Source: Fonticula alba ATCC 38817 (taxonomy: Eukaryota > Protista > Nucleariida). Taken from it: a stretch of DNA of 62,036 bases. The notes beneath the pieces are model-generated. The model searched no databases, was not told the DNA's origin, and saw only the letters and a list, made by a program, of their open reading frames with translations. Positions 36,385 to 47,400 of this stretch are shown here, one piece after another (within the stretch, counting starts at the first letter, position 1; every line of letters begins with the position of its first letter). The stretch lies in assembly GCA_000388065.2 (NCBI GenBank), contig KB932201.1; one strand, 5' to 3'. A program made the position numbers and the translations under genes.

Positions 36385-39300
36385 GAGGAAGTCATGGGAC
36401 CCGCAGCGTCGGGCGACCCGGCATCCTCATGGTCGGCATTGCCGTCGCCGGCTTCGCCACCAGCGAGGGGAGCCATCTCGGGGGAAGGAGACCCGAAACG
36501 ACCGGCCCCGGCAGAGGCCCGGGAAGCGCTGACGGCCAGCTGGTGCTGTAGGCGCTCCAGCATGCGAACCACCTGTCGATCCAGGGTGTCCAGACCTTGG
36601 CATGGGCCAAGATGGCAGGGACGCCCGCAGGGATGCCCGCAAGCTAGTGCCCGGCCGCACAGCTGCCCGCAGCTGACGCGCAACGAAGCAGGCGGCTGGG
36701 GAAGGAGGATGGCCCGACTCAGCTGCATGTATGACCGGTCGACCGGGGCATCCTGGGCAGCATCAGCAGCCGCGGAGGCGGCCGTGGCCGTGGCGGACGC
36801 ACGCTCAGACTCCGAGGCCTTGCTACTGGCGGCCGGCGCAGCACGATTGCGGCCCCACACGGATTCGACCGTCGGCCGAGCCGGCGTGGCCAGGGCCTGG
36901 GACAGCGACCCCGGCGAGCCGAGCGTCGTGACAGCCGCCGCGGTGGCGGCCGTCGCCAGCGCAGGGTCATCCTCCAGCAGGGTGAGCCGCGGGCCGTCCG
37001 CACCATCGGCGGCCAGGGTCACCTCGCGAGCCAGGAGGGCCGCCGCCACGCGGGCCACCTGCGCCTGCCAGCAGGGCAGCGTCACCGCCTGGTGCCGGGG
37101 ACAGGGACAGTGCATGGTCACGCGCGACAAGCAGGGGGGACAGCTGGCCGCCGGGGGATAGGGGGTACTGTGGGACACGCGGTCGCCACGGCGCAGGGTG
37201 GCCGACGACACGGACAGGGTGGCCTGCTGGCTTGCCAGGGCCAGTAGCTGGGCAAATGCGCCGGCAAGGGCCTCCGGGCCCTGGGAAAGGGCGCCAGGCG
37301 CCTCGAGGGCGGCCAGCTGCTCGGCCAGGCTCGGCACCCCGCTCAGGATCCGATGGCACAGATGCTCCACCGGGTGCGGGCAGGCTCGCGATGCCGAGCA
37401 GATTTGACTGCAGGCGTGCAGGCGGACGCCACACCGGAGCGGCGGCCGGAGGATGGTACTGCCACACTCGCAGGCAAGTGGCGTGTGGATGAAGTCCGTG
37501 CATGGGGGACAGACGCCACGGTGGCAAAGCTCCGAACAGTGATGATGGCCACACTTGAGCAGGCGCCCGCACACCTCCATGCAGGTGTGTGACGCCGTGG
37601 CCAGGCCAGTCTGGGCGGCGATGGCATCGGCCGCGGCGAGGGACGTGGTCCCGCGGGAGGGGCAGCATGCCTGGCGGCACACATGCCGGCCACAGGACAA
37701 CTGCCGACCGCAAACCAGCTGACAGGTGGCCGCCGCGGCCGGGGCTTCCAGCGAGAAGGCCTCGGGATTGTGGCCTGCCAGGAGGGCACGATCGGTCGAT
37801 GACAGGGCCGACAGCAGGGGATCCGCGCGAAGTTGCGTACAGGGGAGGTCCGTTTGGCTGTTGCCGCAACGACAAACAATGCGAATCGGCCGGGTGCATT
37901 GAGAGGGCCGGCGATCGTCGCCCGGCGGCAACAGCAGAAGCCCGAGAGCCACGGTGGAAATCTCCTCGCCAGGGGCCTCGGCCATGCTGCTGCCGGCATC
38001 ATGGCTGTGGTGCTCGCCGATGGCGCGAGCCAGACTCAGGGCCAGGGCCTCATCGGAGGCCGGGCAGGGGCCCACGTGGCAGGGCTGCTGGCAGGTGTGG
38101 TGAGTGGCCCCATCGGCCGAAGCACCGGACTTGCCGGTCGCGCCTCGCAAGGCGGCCGTGCTGGGCAGCCGCATCGAATGCAGGGGTCGACCACAGATAT
38201 TGGAGCAGGTGGGCACCGGGTCGCTGCAAGTCAGTCGCTCCGCCTTGCCGTCGGTTCCCTGCCACAGAGCCAGGTCCATCTTGCCACAGGGGCAGGACAG
38301 GACCGTGCCCGGCTGCAGGTGGCACGGTGCACAGGGACCAGGGTGGCAAGGGCGCGTGCAGCGATGGGTGTTACATCCAAGAAGCCTATGTGTGCGTTGG
38401 GGGAGATGAAGTCAGCAAGCGAAGACCATATGACTGAGAGGGAGGGGGAGAGGGGGGAGAGGGGGGGNNNNNNNNNNNNNNNNNNNNNNNNNNNNNNNNN
38501 NNNNNNNNNNNNNNNNNNNNNNNNNNNNNNNNNNNNNNNNNNNNNNNNNNNNNNNNNNNNNNNNNNNNNNNNNNNNNNNNNNNNNNNNNNNNNNNNNNNN
38601 NNNNNNNNNNNNNNNNNNNNNNNNNNNNNNNNNNNNNGAGAGAGAGAGAGAGAGAGACAGAGAGACAGAGAGAGAAAAGCGGGAAGCCAGCCAGTAATAC
38701 ATACCGATTGCAGAGCCCCCGACAGGAGAAGGTTCGCGGGAGGGCGGATCCCGCATCGTTGGGCGCCGGCGAGTGGGCCGGGCCACGTAGGCCACTGCCC
38801 TGGTGGCAGAGGGTGTCCTGGGCGGTGACATTGCCACAGTAGCAAGTGCTCGGCGTGGGAACCATGCACGGAGGACACGGGCCCTCATGGCAGGGGGTTT
38901 GGCAGAGGTGTGGCTCCGGGGCCGTGCCGGTGGCCCCCGGGCGGGAGCGATTGCCCGGGCAGGAGAGCACCCGGCCGCAAGGATTCTCGCAGGACCACCG
39001 CAGGGCGCGAAGCTGGCTGCCGACAGACGCGCGTCCGGAACACACGCCCGGGCTGGCATGGCGCTCGCAATGGCAAGGGCTCGTCGGCAGCGGAGCCTCA
39101 CAGGGGGGGCACTGGCCCGGGTGACAGGCCAGCGGACAGGGATGCCCGCAGGGACGCGGCCGACTACAGCGCTGCTGACAGCTCTGCGGCACTGGCCGCC
39201 GGCCGGATCGCGCCCGGGACACATTTCCACAGAAGCAGGACACCGTGCTCGGGATCTTGACGGCCTGCGGCTCCAGGCAGCTGGGGCACTTCCAGTAGAA

Positions 39301-40381
39301 GGTCCGCCGAGGCCGGGCGCCGGGGGTACTGGCCTCCTGCTCTGCGGGTCCGACGGCAAGAAGGGAGGAGGCAATGCAAAAGGAAAGGCCCCGGGTAAGA
39401 TGGCGGCGAGGGGAGAGGAAGGAGGGGGCAGGACAATGGAGAGAGAGAGAGAGAGAGTGCGAAGGAGGAGACCGCCTGCAACGCACCCTGGTGAAGGTCA
39501 ATCTGAGCTCGAGCCCAGGCGACGGCACACTCGAAATGCAGGAGGTTGAAGCAGGAGATCGAGTCCATCCAGATGTCCGAGCTCGGGCTGATCGGCTCAT
39601 AGCAAACCGGGCAGCTGAGGGTCTCGTCGAGCAGCGACTGGCGGAGCTCCTTGACCCGCTCGGGCACCGGTCCGGAGTCGGTCCACTTGGCCACCGGAAC
39701 AGCCTTCCGCGGGGTGGGGCTGGGGCTGGGGCTGGGATAGGGGCTCGGGTCGGTGCTGGACGGGCTGTCCTCCTGGCCGAGGGTGGTGCCGGTTGAGGGG
39801 CGATGGCCGAGGCTGCTGGCCAGATCCCGGGGGACCGGCAAAAGGCGAGCACCGCGAGGAGGGCGCCCAGAGCGCCCGGGCCCGCGCGAGGCCGTTCCCT
39901 CGGTGCCGGCTTCCGGGTCGACAATGGTCGTGTCGGCGCTCGAGGCGCCAGAACGGGAGCGCCGGGAGGGGCGCGATGTTTGGCCGCCGCGACGAGGGCC
40001 GGCCGCCGGGCTGGCGGGCTGCTCGAGGCTGACGGGGTCAGCCGGCTCGGCGGTCGTGGCGCCGGGCTCGGGCTTCTTGCGCCGGGGGCCGGCACGGGGC
40101 CGGGGGCCGGCGCGCGGCGCGGCACCCTCGGCGTTGCTTGCGTCGAGGGTGGGGGGGGAGGCATTCGGGGCGTCCTGCTGGCCGGGGTTGGCGGCGGCAG
40201 CGGCGGCACCCGAGTTACGGGGCTTGCGGGTGCGGCTGCGCGTGGGGGCGCGGCCGGCCGACTGGCCGGTGTTTAGGTCGTGCGCATCATGGTTGCCCGA
40301 AGGACGAGAAGCGGCAGCGGCGTCTGGGGGGGGATGCTCTCTGGGTTGCCTTGGGGGATGATGGTGTGACTCTTCTTGCAT
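34062..40381 (-). CDS. NFX1: NF-X1-type zinc-finger protein (RING, multiple NFX Cys-rich repeats, R3H-like domain; NFX1/Fap1/shuttle craft family)
   Basis: Exons 40381-39487, 39341-38705 and 38385-34062. RING-like CPVC..CFNLLHFEC..WKCPSC, many C.....CG.H.C...CH.GPC.PC repeats, and R3H-like LEDSLLAF..LNLPPLPKNLRHLCYIL..SVGRPPHRYVVVTR. Confidence 0.9.
36334..36381 (-). repeat. (GCC)n run encoding a poly-alanine tract in NFX1
   Basis: Directly visible GCG run on the + strand, in frame on the - strand. Confidence 0.9.
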
Positions 40382-40515
40382 GAGATGAGCGGTGACGGGG
40401 GCGGCGCGATCGGGAGTGCGGGAGGAAGCGAGCAGTATCAATCCGGGAGGGGGGGGGGGGAGAGGGATCCGAGGTAGGCCGGTCGGTGGGGGACGATGGT
40501 TGAACAATGCCAACG

Positions 40516-40523
40516 CTTATATA
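40516..40523 (-). promoter_or_regulatory. TATA-like element (TATATAAG) upstream of NFX1, in the short divergent NFX1/S1-gene interval
   Basis: An AT-rich octamer in a very GC-rich interval, about 135 nt upstream of the NFX1 ATG. Function is inferred. Confidence 0.35.
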
Positions 40524-40988
40524 CGGCGACCGGGCCGCCGGCGGGGGCCCCGCCCCCCGAGATAAGCGCGGCCCGGGGGGGGGGGGGGGCGGCCATGGAC
40601 TCGCATGGGTCGCCGGCCCTCGGGACGCACACACGCGCCCGCGTCCACCGGCTCGATATCGGCCGGCGCCGGGCCCCATGCGCGGGGAGGGCCGCACGGG
40701 CCAGGGGGGGGGCAGGGGCGGCGGCCGGCGGGGCGGCCGGCGTTCTTGCGCAACGCCCGCGTGAACCGCCCCGGCTGCCAATGCTTCAGTCGACTTGGCT
40801 GCCAGCCAGGGGGGGCGGCCGGGAGCGGCTGCGGATCGACGCTAGAGCGGGGGCGGGGNNNNNNNNNNNNNNNNNNNNNNNNNNNNNNNNNNNNNNNNNN
40901 NNNNNNNNNNNNNNNNNNNNNNNCCCCCCCCGCGGCCGCCCTTCTCGCCTCCTGCCTCCTCTCCCCCTCCCCGGCCTGTCCTGTGCAG

Positions 40989-43273
40989 ATGACCAACGAC
41001 GCCCCGCCGCCGCGCGCGGCCGTGCGCCGATCTCAACCTCGAATTCGCGTCACCACCTCCGACGATCTGGAGGATTATGACCTGCCGGACGCGGCCCCGG
41101 TGCCAAACCCGCGCCCGGTCGTCCGACATGATCCGCCGGCTCCCGCAGACACCCACCGGAGGCGCAGCCCCTCGCCGGGTCCCGGCCCGGGCCAGTGGCG
41201 CGCCCGGAGTCGCTCCCCGCCCCCGGGGCCCCGGAGTCGCTCTCCTCACGCAGGCCCTCGGGGCCGGTCTCCGGTTGGCCGAGGCCCTCGCGATCGCTCG
41301 CCACATCCGGGCCTCCGTGGGCGTTCCCCGCCGCCTGGCTTCCGCCACCGCTCCCGCTCGCCGGGCTTCCGTGGGGGATCTCCGCCTCCGGTCCATCGTC
41401 GACGCTCGCGCTCCCCGCCGGGGCCCTGGCATCAGGGCCCCGAGCCCCACCGGCATCGGAGGCCCTCTCCGGACGGCCGGCCTGACCATCGACACCGGGG
41501 CCGGTCGCGCTCGCCACCCGCCCATCACCGGCCGGGGGCCGGCCCGCCGCCACGTCGCCCGGCCCCTGGCATTCTCCCCGCCGTGGGGCAAATCATTCGC
41601 GGCACGGTATGTCCCCCGGGTGCACTCTCTCCCCCTGCAGAGGGCCCTCTTGCAAAGGCGGGCGCCCGCACATACACACCCGGCATGCTGACCCTTCCTG
41701 ACACGACGCTCTTCCGATCTTGGGGCAAATCATTCGCGGCACGGTATGTCCCCCGGGTGCACTCTCTCCCCCTGCAGAGGGCCCTCTTGCAAAGGCGGGC
41801 GCCCGCACATACACACCCGGCATGCTGACCCTTCCTGGGCCTAGGTCAAGTCCCTGCACCCATTCGGCGCCTTTGTCCACCTGCCGGCGCCTCACTCGAT
41901 GGATGGCCTGGTGCACATTGGCCAGATCATGAGCACTGGCGCGCGTCTCGGCCACCCGGAAGAGGTGCTGGATGTGGACTCCAGCGTCATTGTCAAGGTC
42001 CTGGAAATTACGTTCCCCGAGCCGGAGGACCAGTTCCACCATTCATCCGGCCGGCGGAGGCCGCCCCAGCCGAAGATCGGAGATCGGAAGAGCACACGTC
42101 ACCTGCCGGCGCCTCACTCGATGGATGGCCTGGTGCACATTGGCCAGATCATGAGCACTGGCGCGCGTCTCGGCCACCCGGAAGAGGTGCTGGATGTGGA
42201 CTCCAGCGTCATTGTCAAGGTCCTGGAAATTACGTTCCCCGAGCCGGAGGACCAGTTCCACCATTCATCCGGCCGGCGGAGGCCGCCCCAGCCGAAGATC
42301 GGCCTCTCCATCAAATATGTTGACCAGCGTGCGTGGCAGTGCCGGAGCCCCGGGCAGCGGCAGAGCTTGCCTCGCCGGGCAGGCGGAGGATGCACCCTGG
42401 GCCTGGGCATTGCCTCGGCCATGGTGGCCCGTTGCACCGAGTCTAACCCTCCTTCTCTTTACTTCCAGGCACCGGTGAGGACTTGGACCCTGGCAATATG
42501 CTGTACAACGAACAGGCCCTTGGTCGGTCGGCCGGGCCGCGCGGTGGCCCGACGGATTCCCGCCGGAGCGGTGGCGCCCCTCCCGTCGATGTGCGCCAGC
42601 CATTCTCCCCTCCCTCTCTCCCTCTCTCTCTGTCTCTCCCTCTCTCCCTCTCTCTCTGTCTCTCCCTCTCTCTCTGTCTCTCTCTCTCTCTGTCTCTCCC
42701 TCTGTCTCTCTATCTCTCTCTCCCTTTCCCTCTCCCTCTGTCTCCCTCTGTCTCCCTCTGTCTCCCTCTCTCTCTCCCTCTCTCTCTCTCTCCCTCTCTC
42801 TCTCTCCCTCTCTCTCTCTCTCTCCCTTTCCCTCTCTCTCCCTCTATCTTCCTCTCTTCCTCCCTCTCCCTCTCTCTCCCTCTGTGATTAAAGCTTGCTC
42901 ATCTAACCATCCTCCGTTGGTCCTTCTGACCCGGGCGCCTGCTGGCTTTGTCCCTCCACAGCTGGCGGATCCCTTCAGTAGCGTCCTCATCAGGCCCGGG
43001 TCGCTGATGCCGCCCGGGGCCACGACCCTGGACGAGGAAACCGAGCGCCAGATCCAGCTACTGGAGCGAGAGGCCCAGGAGAAGGAACAGCGCAGCCTCG
43101 AGCGCGCACGAGTGCGTGCCGCCCGTCGTCAGGAGCGCGAAAGTCGCCGCAATGAGCAGCGCGCCCTCGAGCGTGGCGAATGGACCGACCGGAACCTGGC
43201 CCTTGGGGCCATTCACTCGTCGATCGACCGGTGCCTCGAGCGCCTCGAGCGGGCCAGCGGCATCCTCAAGTGA
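40989..43273 (+). CDS. S1 RNA-binding-domain protein, pNO40/ZCCHC17-like, with RS/RSP-rich N-terminus and C-terminal coiled coil
   Basis: After removing the artefactual duplications: LPAVGQIIRGT|VKSLHPFGAFVHLP..DGLVHIGQI..EEVLDVDSSVIVKVLEI..KIGLSIKYVDQR|TGEDLDPGN, similar to ZCCHC17 (SLSMKVVNQGTGKDLDPNN). The start is uncertain because an acceptor precedes the ATG and there is a gap at 40859-40923. Confidence 0.75.
41701..41720 (+). other. Illumina TruSeq adapter remnant between two identical 117-bp copies (41584-41700 and 41721-41837): assembly artefact
   Basis: The sequence is ACACGACGCTCTTCCGATCT, the 3' end of the Illumina read-1 primer/adapter. Confidence 0.97.
42081..42100 (+). other. 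Illumina TruSeq adapter remnant between two identical 202-bp copies (41879-42080 and 42101-42302): assembly artefact
   Basis: The sequence is AGATCGGAAGAGCACACGTC, the start of the TruSeq indexed adapter. Confidence 0.97.
42608..42885 (+). repeat. ~280-bp intronic (CT)n/CCCT/CTGT polypyrimidine tract
   Basis: Directly visible; lies in the last intron of the S1-domain gene. Confidence 0.9.
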
Positions 43274-43290
43274 AGGCAGCCACCAAATAC

Positions 43291-43389
<99 letters not shown>

Positions 43390-44410
43390 ACACATCGGGC
43401 ACACCGTTGGCCAAGCGAGGCGCGCAACACACGGCTCAAGCCTGGTCACCAATGGCCGGGAGAGGGCGGGCGGACGGGGGCGGGGCCGGGGGCGGGGGAG
43501 GGGTCTCCACTTGACTGGCGGATGATGGCCATCCAAGCCCCACGCTGTGGTCCGCTCCAGCATACCCCCCTTATGGGCCAAAGGGACAGGAAAATGGGCC
43601 AGGACGTTTTCCCCGGACGGGGGCATGTGGGACGCCTGCGCCGGTGAACTGCCACCGCATGCGGCCGCCGTTTTTTATCCACCCCATTCAAACACCCATT
43701 CCACCCTGGTCGCGCGTATACGCCTGTATATATATATATCTTTATCCATATGTGCGTGTGTGCGTGTGTGCGTGTGTCTGCGTGCGTGTACGACCAGCAA
43801 CCCGGCATGCATGCGCTCATCCCCACCCCGGGGGGATATTCCCGACAATTGTGCACAGCACGCAGGCACCCCCAGACGGAGTGGACTACTACTACTACTC
43901 GACGGGCCGGGCGGCGATTGAACATCCACCCTCGGGGATGGTGGCGGCCTCTCGGCCGACGCGCTGCCTGTGGGGTTTCACACTAGTCGTGCATCCGGGC
44001 CTGGCTTCCCCCGAGAGCTGGCCCTGGCGTGGTTTTTAGCGGCCAGACCCCAAGCAAACTCCTTCCAGTTAGAGAGAGAGAGATCCCCCTCCCCCTCCTC
44101 CCTGCTGCCGTGCACACCCACCCACACATATCCCCGCCCTATCCTCCCACTTGCTCGGCCGCCACTCCCTCCCCCAGCAGCACGCCTTCGGTGCGATCTC
44201 CTCCCCCCNNNNNNNNNNNNNNNNNNNNNNNNNNNNNNNNNNNNNNNNNNNNNNNNNNNNNNNNNNNNNNNNNNNNNNNNNNNNNNNNNNNNNNNNNNNN
44301 NNNNNNNNNNNNNNNNNNNNNNNNNNNNNNNNNNNNNCCCCCCCCCCCGCCTCTAACCATACCTCTGCTTTCCGTCACTGCCCTGCGCTTCTTCCATCGT
44401 GCCCCGGCAG

Positions 44411-47400
44411 GCACCTTCTTGCCCTTGCCCAGCCGGGAAGCGCCTCGGAGGCCGACCTGAACGCCTTGCTGCGCGTGATCCCGGATGCCGATCGCATTCT
44501 CCGTCGGAATGCCTTTGCCGGGGTCGCCACAGCGCCGGGGGCCGCGGATGCCCGGCATGCTGGCCGGCGCCGGGCTGGCCCAGGCGAAGATGAGGATGAG
44601 GATGATGCCTTCGCCGAGCCGGCCTCCGGGGCCACCACTGCTGGACGTGCCAGGGCCGCTGCCCTGCCGGCCAGCACGCGCGCGGCCCTTGACGACGCTG
44701 CGGCCGCCGAAATCGCCGCCGTCTATGCCTCCTCGCCGTCCTTCATCCAGCACATGCCGATGCGCCCGTACCAGCTCCATGGGCTGGGGTGGATGGCCCG
44801 TCTGGATGCCCATGCGGTTGGCGGCATTCTCGCCGACGAGATGGGCCTCGGCAAGACCCTGCAGACGATCTCCCTGCTTGGGCACCTGAAACACTCGCGC
44901 GGTGTGCGCGGGCCGCACCTGGTCATCGCCCCGAAGTCCACGCTGCAGAATTGGCAGAATGAGTTCAAGCGCTGGTGCCCGTCGCTGAATATCTTCGTGC
45001 TCCATGGCTCGAAGGACGATCGTGTATGTCCACACCCCCGGCCGCCGCACCCTTGCCCTCATGCATGCCCTCGTTTTAAGCGTGGCACTAATTTGCCCTT
45101 CTCCTCCGCCCGCCCGCCTGCCTGCCCACACTCACACATATACACACACACACACCATCCCACAGCCCAAGCTCATCAATGAGCGTCTCTTGACCGGGTC
45201 CTTCGAGGTGTGTGTCACCTCGCCGGAGATGGTCCTCGTGGAGCGCGGCCCGCTGCGCCGCATTCCCTGGTACTACATCATCCTCGATGAGGCTCACCGG
45301 ATCAAAAACGAGAAGTCGTCTCTGGCGCGCATCATGCGCCAGATCTCCTCCCGCCGGCGGCTGCTCATCACCGGCACCCCGTTGCAGAATAACCTCCACG
45401 AGCTGTGGGCCCTGCTGAACTTCATCCTGCCGGACCTGTTCGCTCGCAGCGAGGACTTTGACTCCTGGTTTGCCTTCACCAGCACCGGCGAGGACGAGCA
45501 GGCCAAGGAACAGGTGGTCAACCGCCTGCAGAAGGTGCGCATCCTCATCGCCGGTCTTTTCTCCCTTCTTTTTTTCTCCCCTCCCCTCGACCTATGCCCC
45601 TTCCGACCGGGTCCGCCGAGAAGACCGCGGCGTCTGAGAGCAGCCCGCCCCCCTCGCCTAATACCCTCCCCCACGCGACTGCAAAGGCCTCCGCCCTCCA
45701 GCAACAAAGCATGAACTCCGTCGAGCCGGCACCCGGCCCGACCCCCTCGTCGGCCGGGATGGTCGTTTCGGCCGCGGCCAGCGTCACCGACGGCCCGGAC
45801 CGGATGCCCATCGACGCCACCCCGGCCGAGGCCGACTCCCTCTTCCAGCCACGCCCTTTGACGCCGGAAGCTTCGGCCGGCGCCAGCCCCGGCTCGGGGC
45901 TGGCATCGCCCGACCTGGCCGATGATCCCTCCACCCTGGCCCTGCTGACGGAGCCCATGGGCGAGAGCGACGCCGAGGACGACGTCGCCGGCCTGGTGGC
46001 CGCCTCGGCCGAGTCGGTGCTCGACCACCCGGATGTCCAGGCGGTCCTCCACCCACCGGCCCTGACATACACCAGCGTGGATACCTTTGCTGGCCGGGCT
46101 CCCGGGTCCGAGGTCCTCTCGAAGCTCGAGCTGCGTGCCCTGCACGAGCGCCTCAACTCCTTCCGCGAGATGGATCAAGCTCGTCGGGTGCACTTCCTCC
46201 TGCATCAGACCGATGTCTTCCAGTGCGTCGCCCCTTCCGTCCTCCTCCCGCGCGCCTCTCTCTCTCTCTCTCTCCCCCCCCCCCNNNNNNNNNNATGCAT
46301 GCCCTCGTTTTAAGCGTGGCACTAATTTGCCCTTCTCCTCCGCCCGCCCGCCTGCCTGCCCACACTCACACATATACACACACACACACCATCCCACAGC
46401 CCAAGCTCATCAATGAGCGTCTCTTGACCGGGTCCTTCGAGGTGTGTGTCACCTCGCCGGAGATGGTCCTCGTGGAGCGCGGCCCGCTGCGCCGCATTCC
46501 CTGGTACTACATCATCCTCGATGAGGCTCACCGGATCAAAAACGAGAAGTCGTCTCTGGCGCGCATCATGCGCCAGATCTCCTCCCGCCGGCGGCTGCTC
46601 ATCACCGGCACCCCGTTGCAGAATAACCTCCACGAGCTGTGGGCCCTGCTGAACTTCATCCTGCCGGACCTGTTCGCTCGCAGCGAGGACTTTGACTCCT
46701 GGTTTGCCTTCACCAGCACCGGCGAGGACGAGCAGGCCAAGGAACAGGTGGTCAACCGCCTGCAGAAGGTGCGCATCCTCATCGCCGGTCTTTTCTCCCT
46801 TCTTTTTTTCTCCCCCCCCCCACCCCTCCCCGCCCTGTTCCCCTGTCGATGGCTGACACCCGGACCGTCACCGATCCCCCTCCCCCCTCCGGCAGATCCT
46901 CCACCCCTTCCTGCTCCGGCGTCTGAAGGCCGACGTGGAGAAGTCCCTCCTGCCGAAGATTGACACCACTCTCTACATCGGCATGAGCCCCCTGCAGGCG
47001 GAGCTGTATGAGCGCCTGCTGATGCGTGACCTGGCCGCCGTCAATGGTGTTCTGTCCAAGGGCGAAGCCAAGACCCGGCTGCTGAATATCGTCATGCAGC
47101 TGCGCAAGTGCTGCAACCACCCGTACCTCTTCGATGGCATTGAGCCCGGCCCGCCGTATACCACCGGCATGCACCTGGTCGAGTCTTCCGGTGCGCGCTT
47201 TTTTTTTCCCCCCCCCCCCCCCCCCCCGCCAATCGGGCACCTTCCCTGGCGGCCGGCTCGCGCCGCATACCATCGCCCACCACTGACCCGGCGCCATGCC
47301 AACATGCGTGCTCACGTCACATCCAGGCAAGATGATGCTCCTGGACAAGCTGATGACCTCCCTCAAGGCCAAGGGCTCGCGTGTGCTCATCTTCAGTCAG

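Noticed and set aside
41720-42302. Apparent tandem S1 domains / exon duplication
   Set aside because: The copies are separated by Illumina adapter sequence, so this is an artefact.
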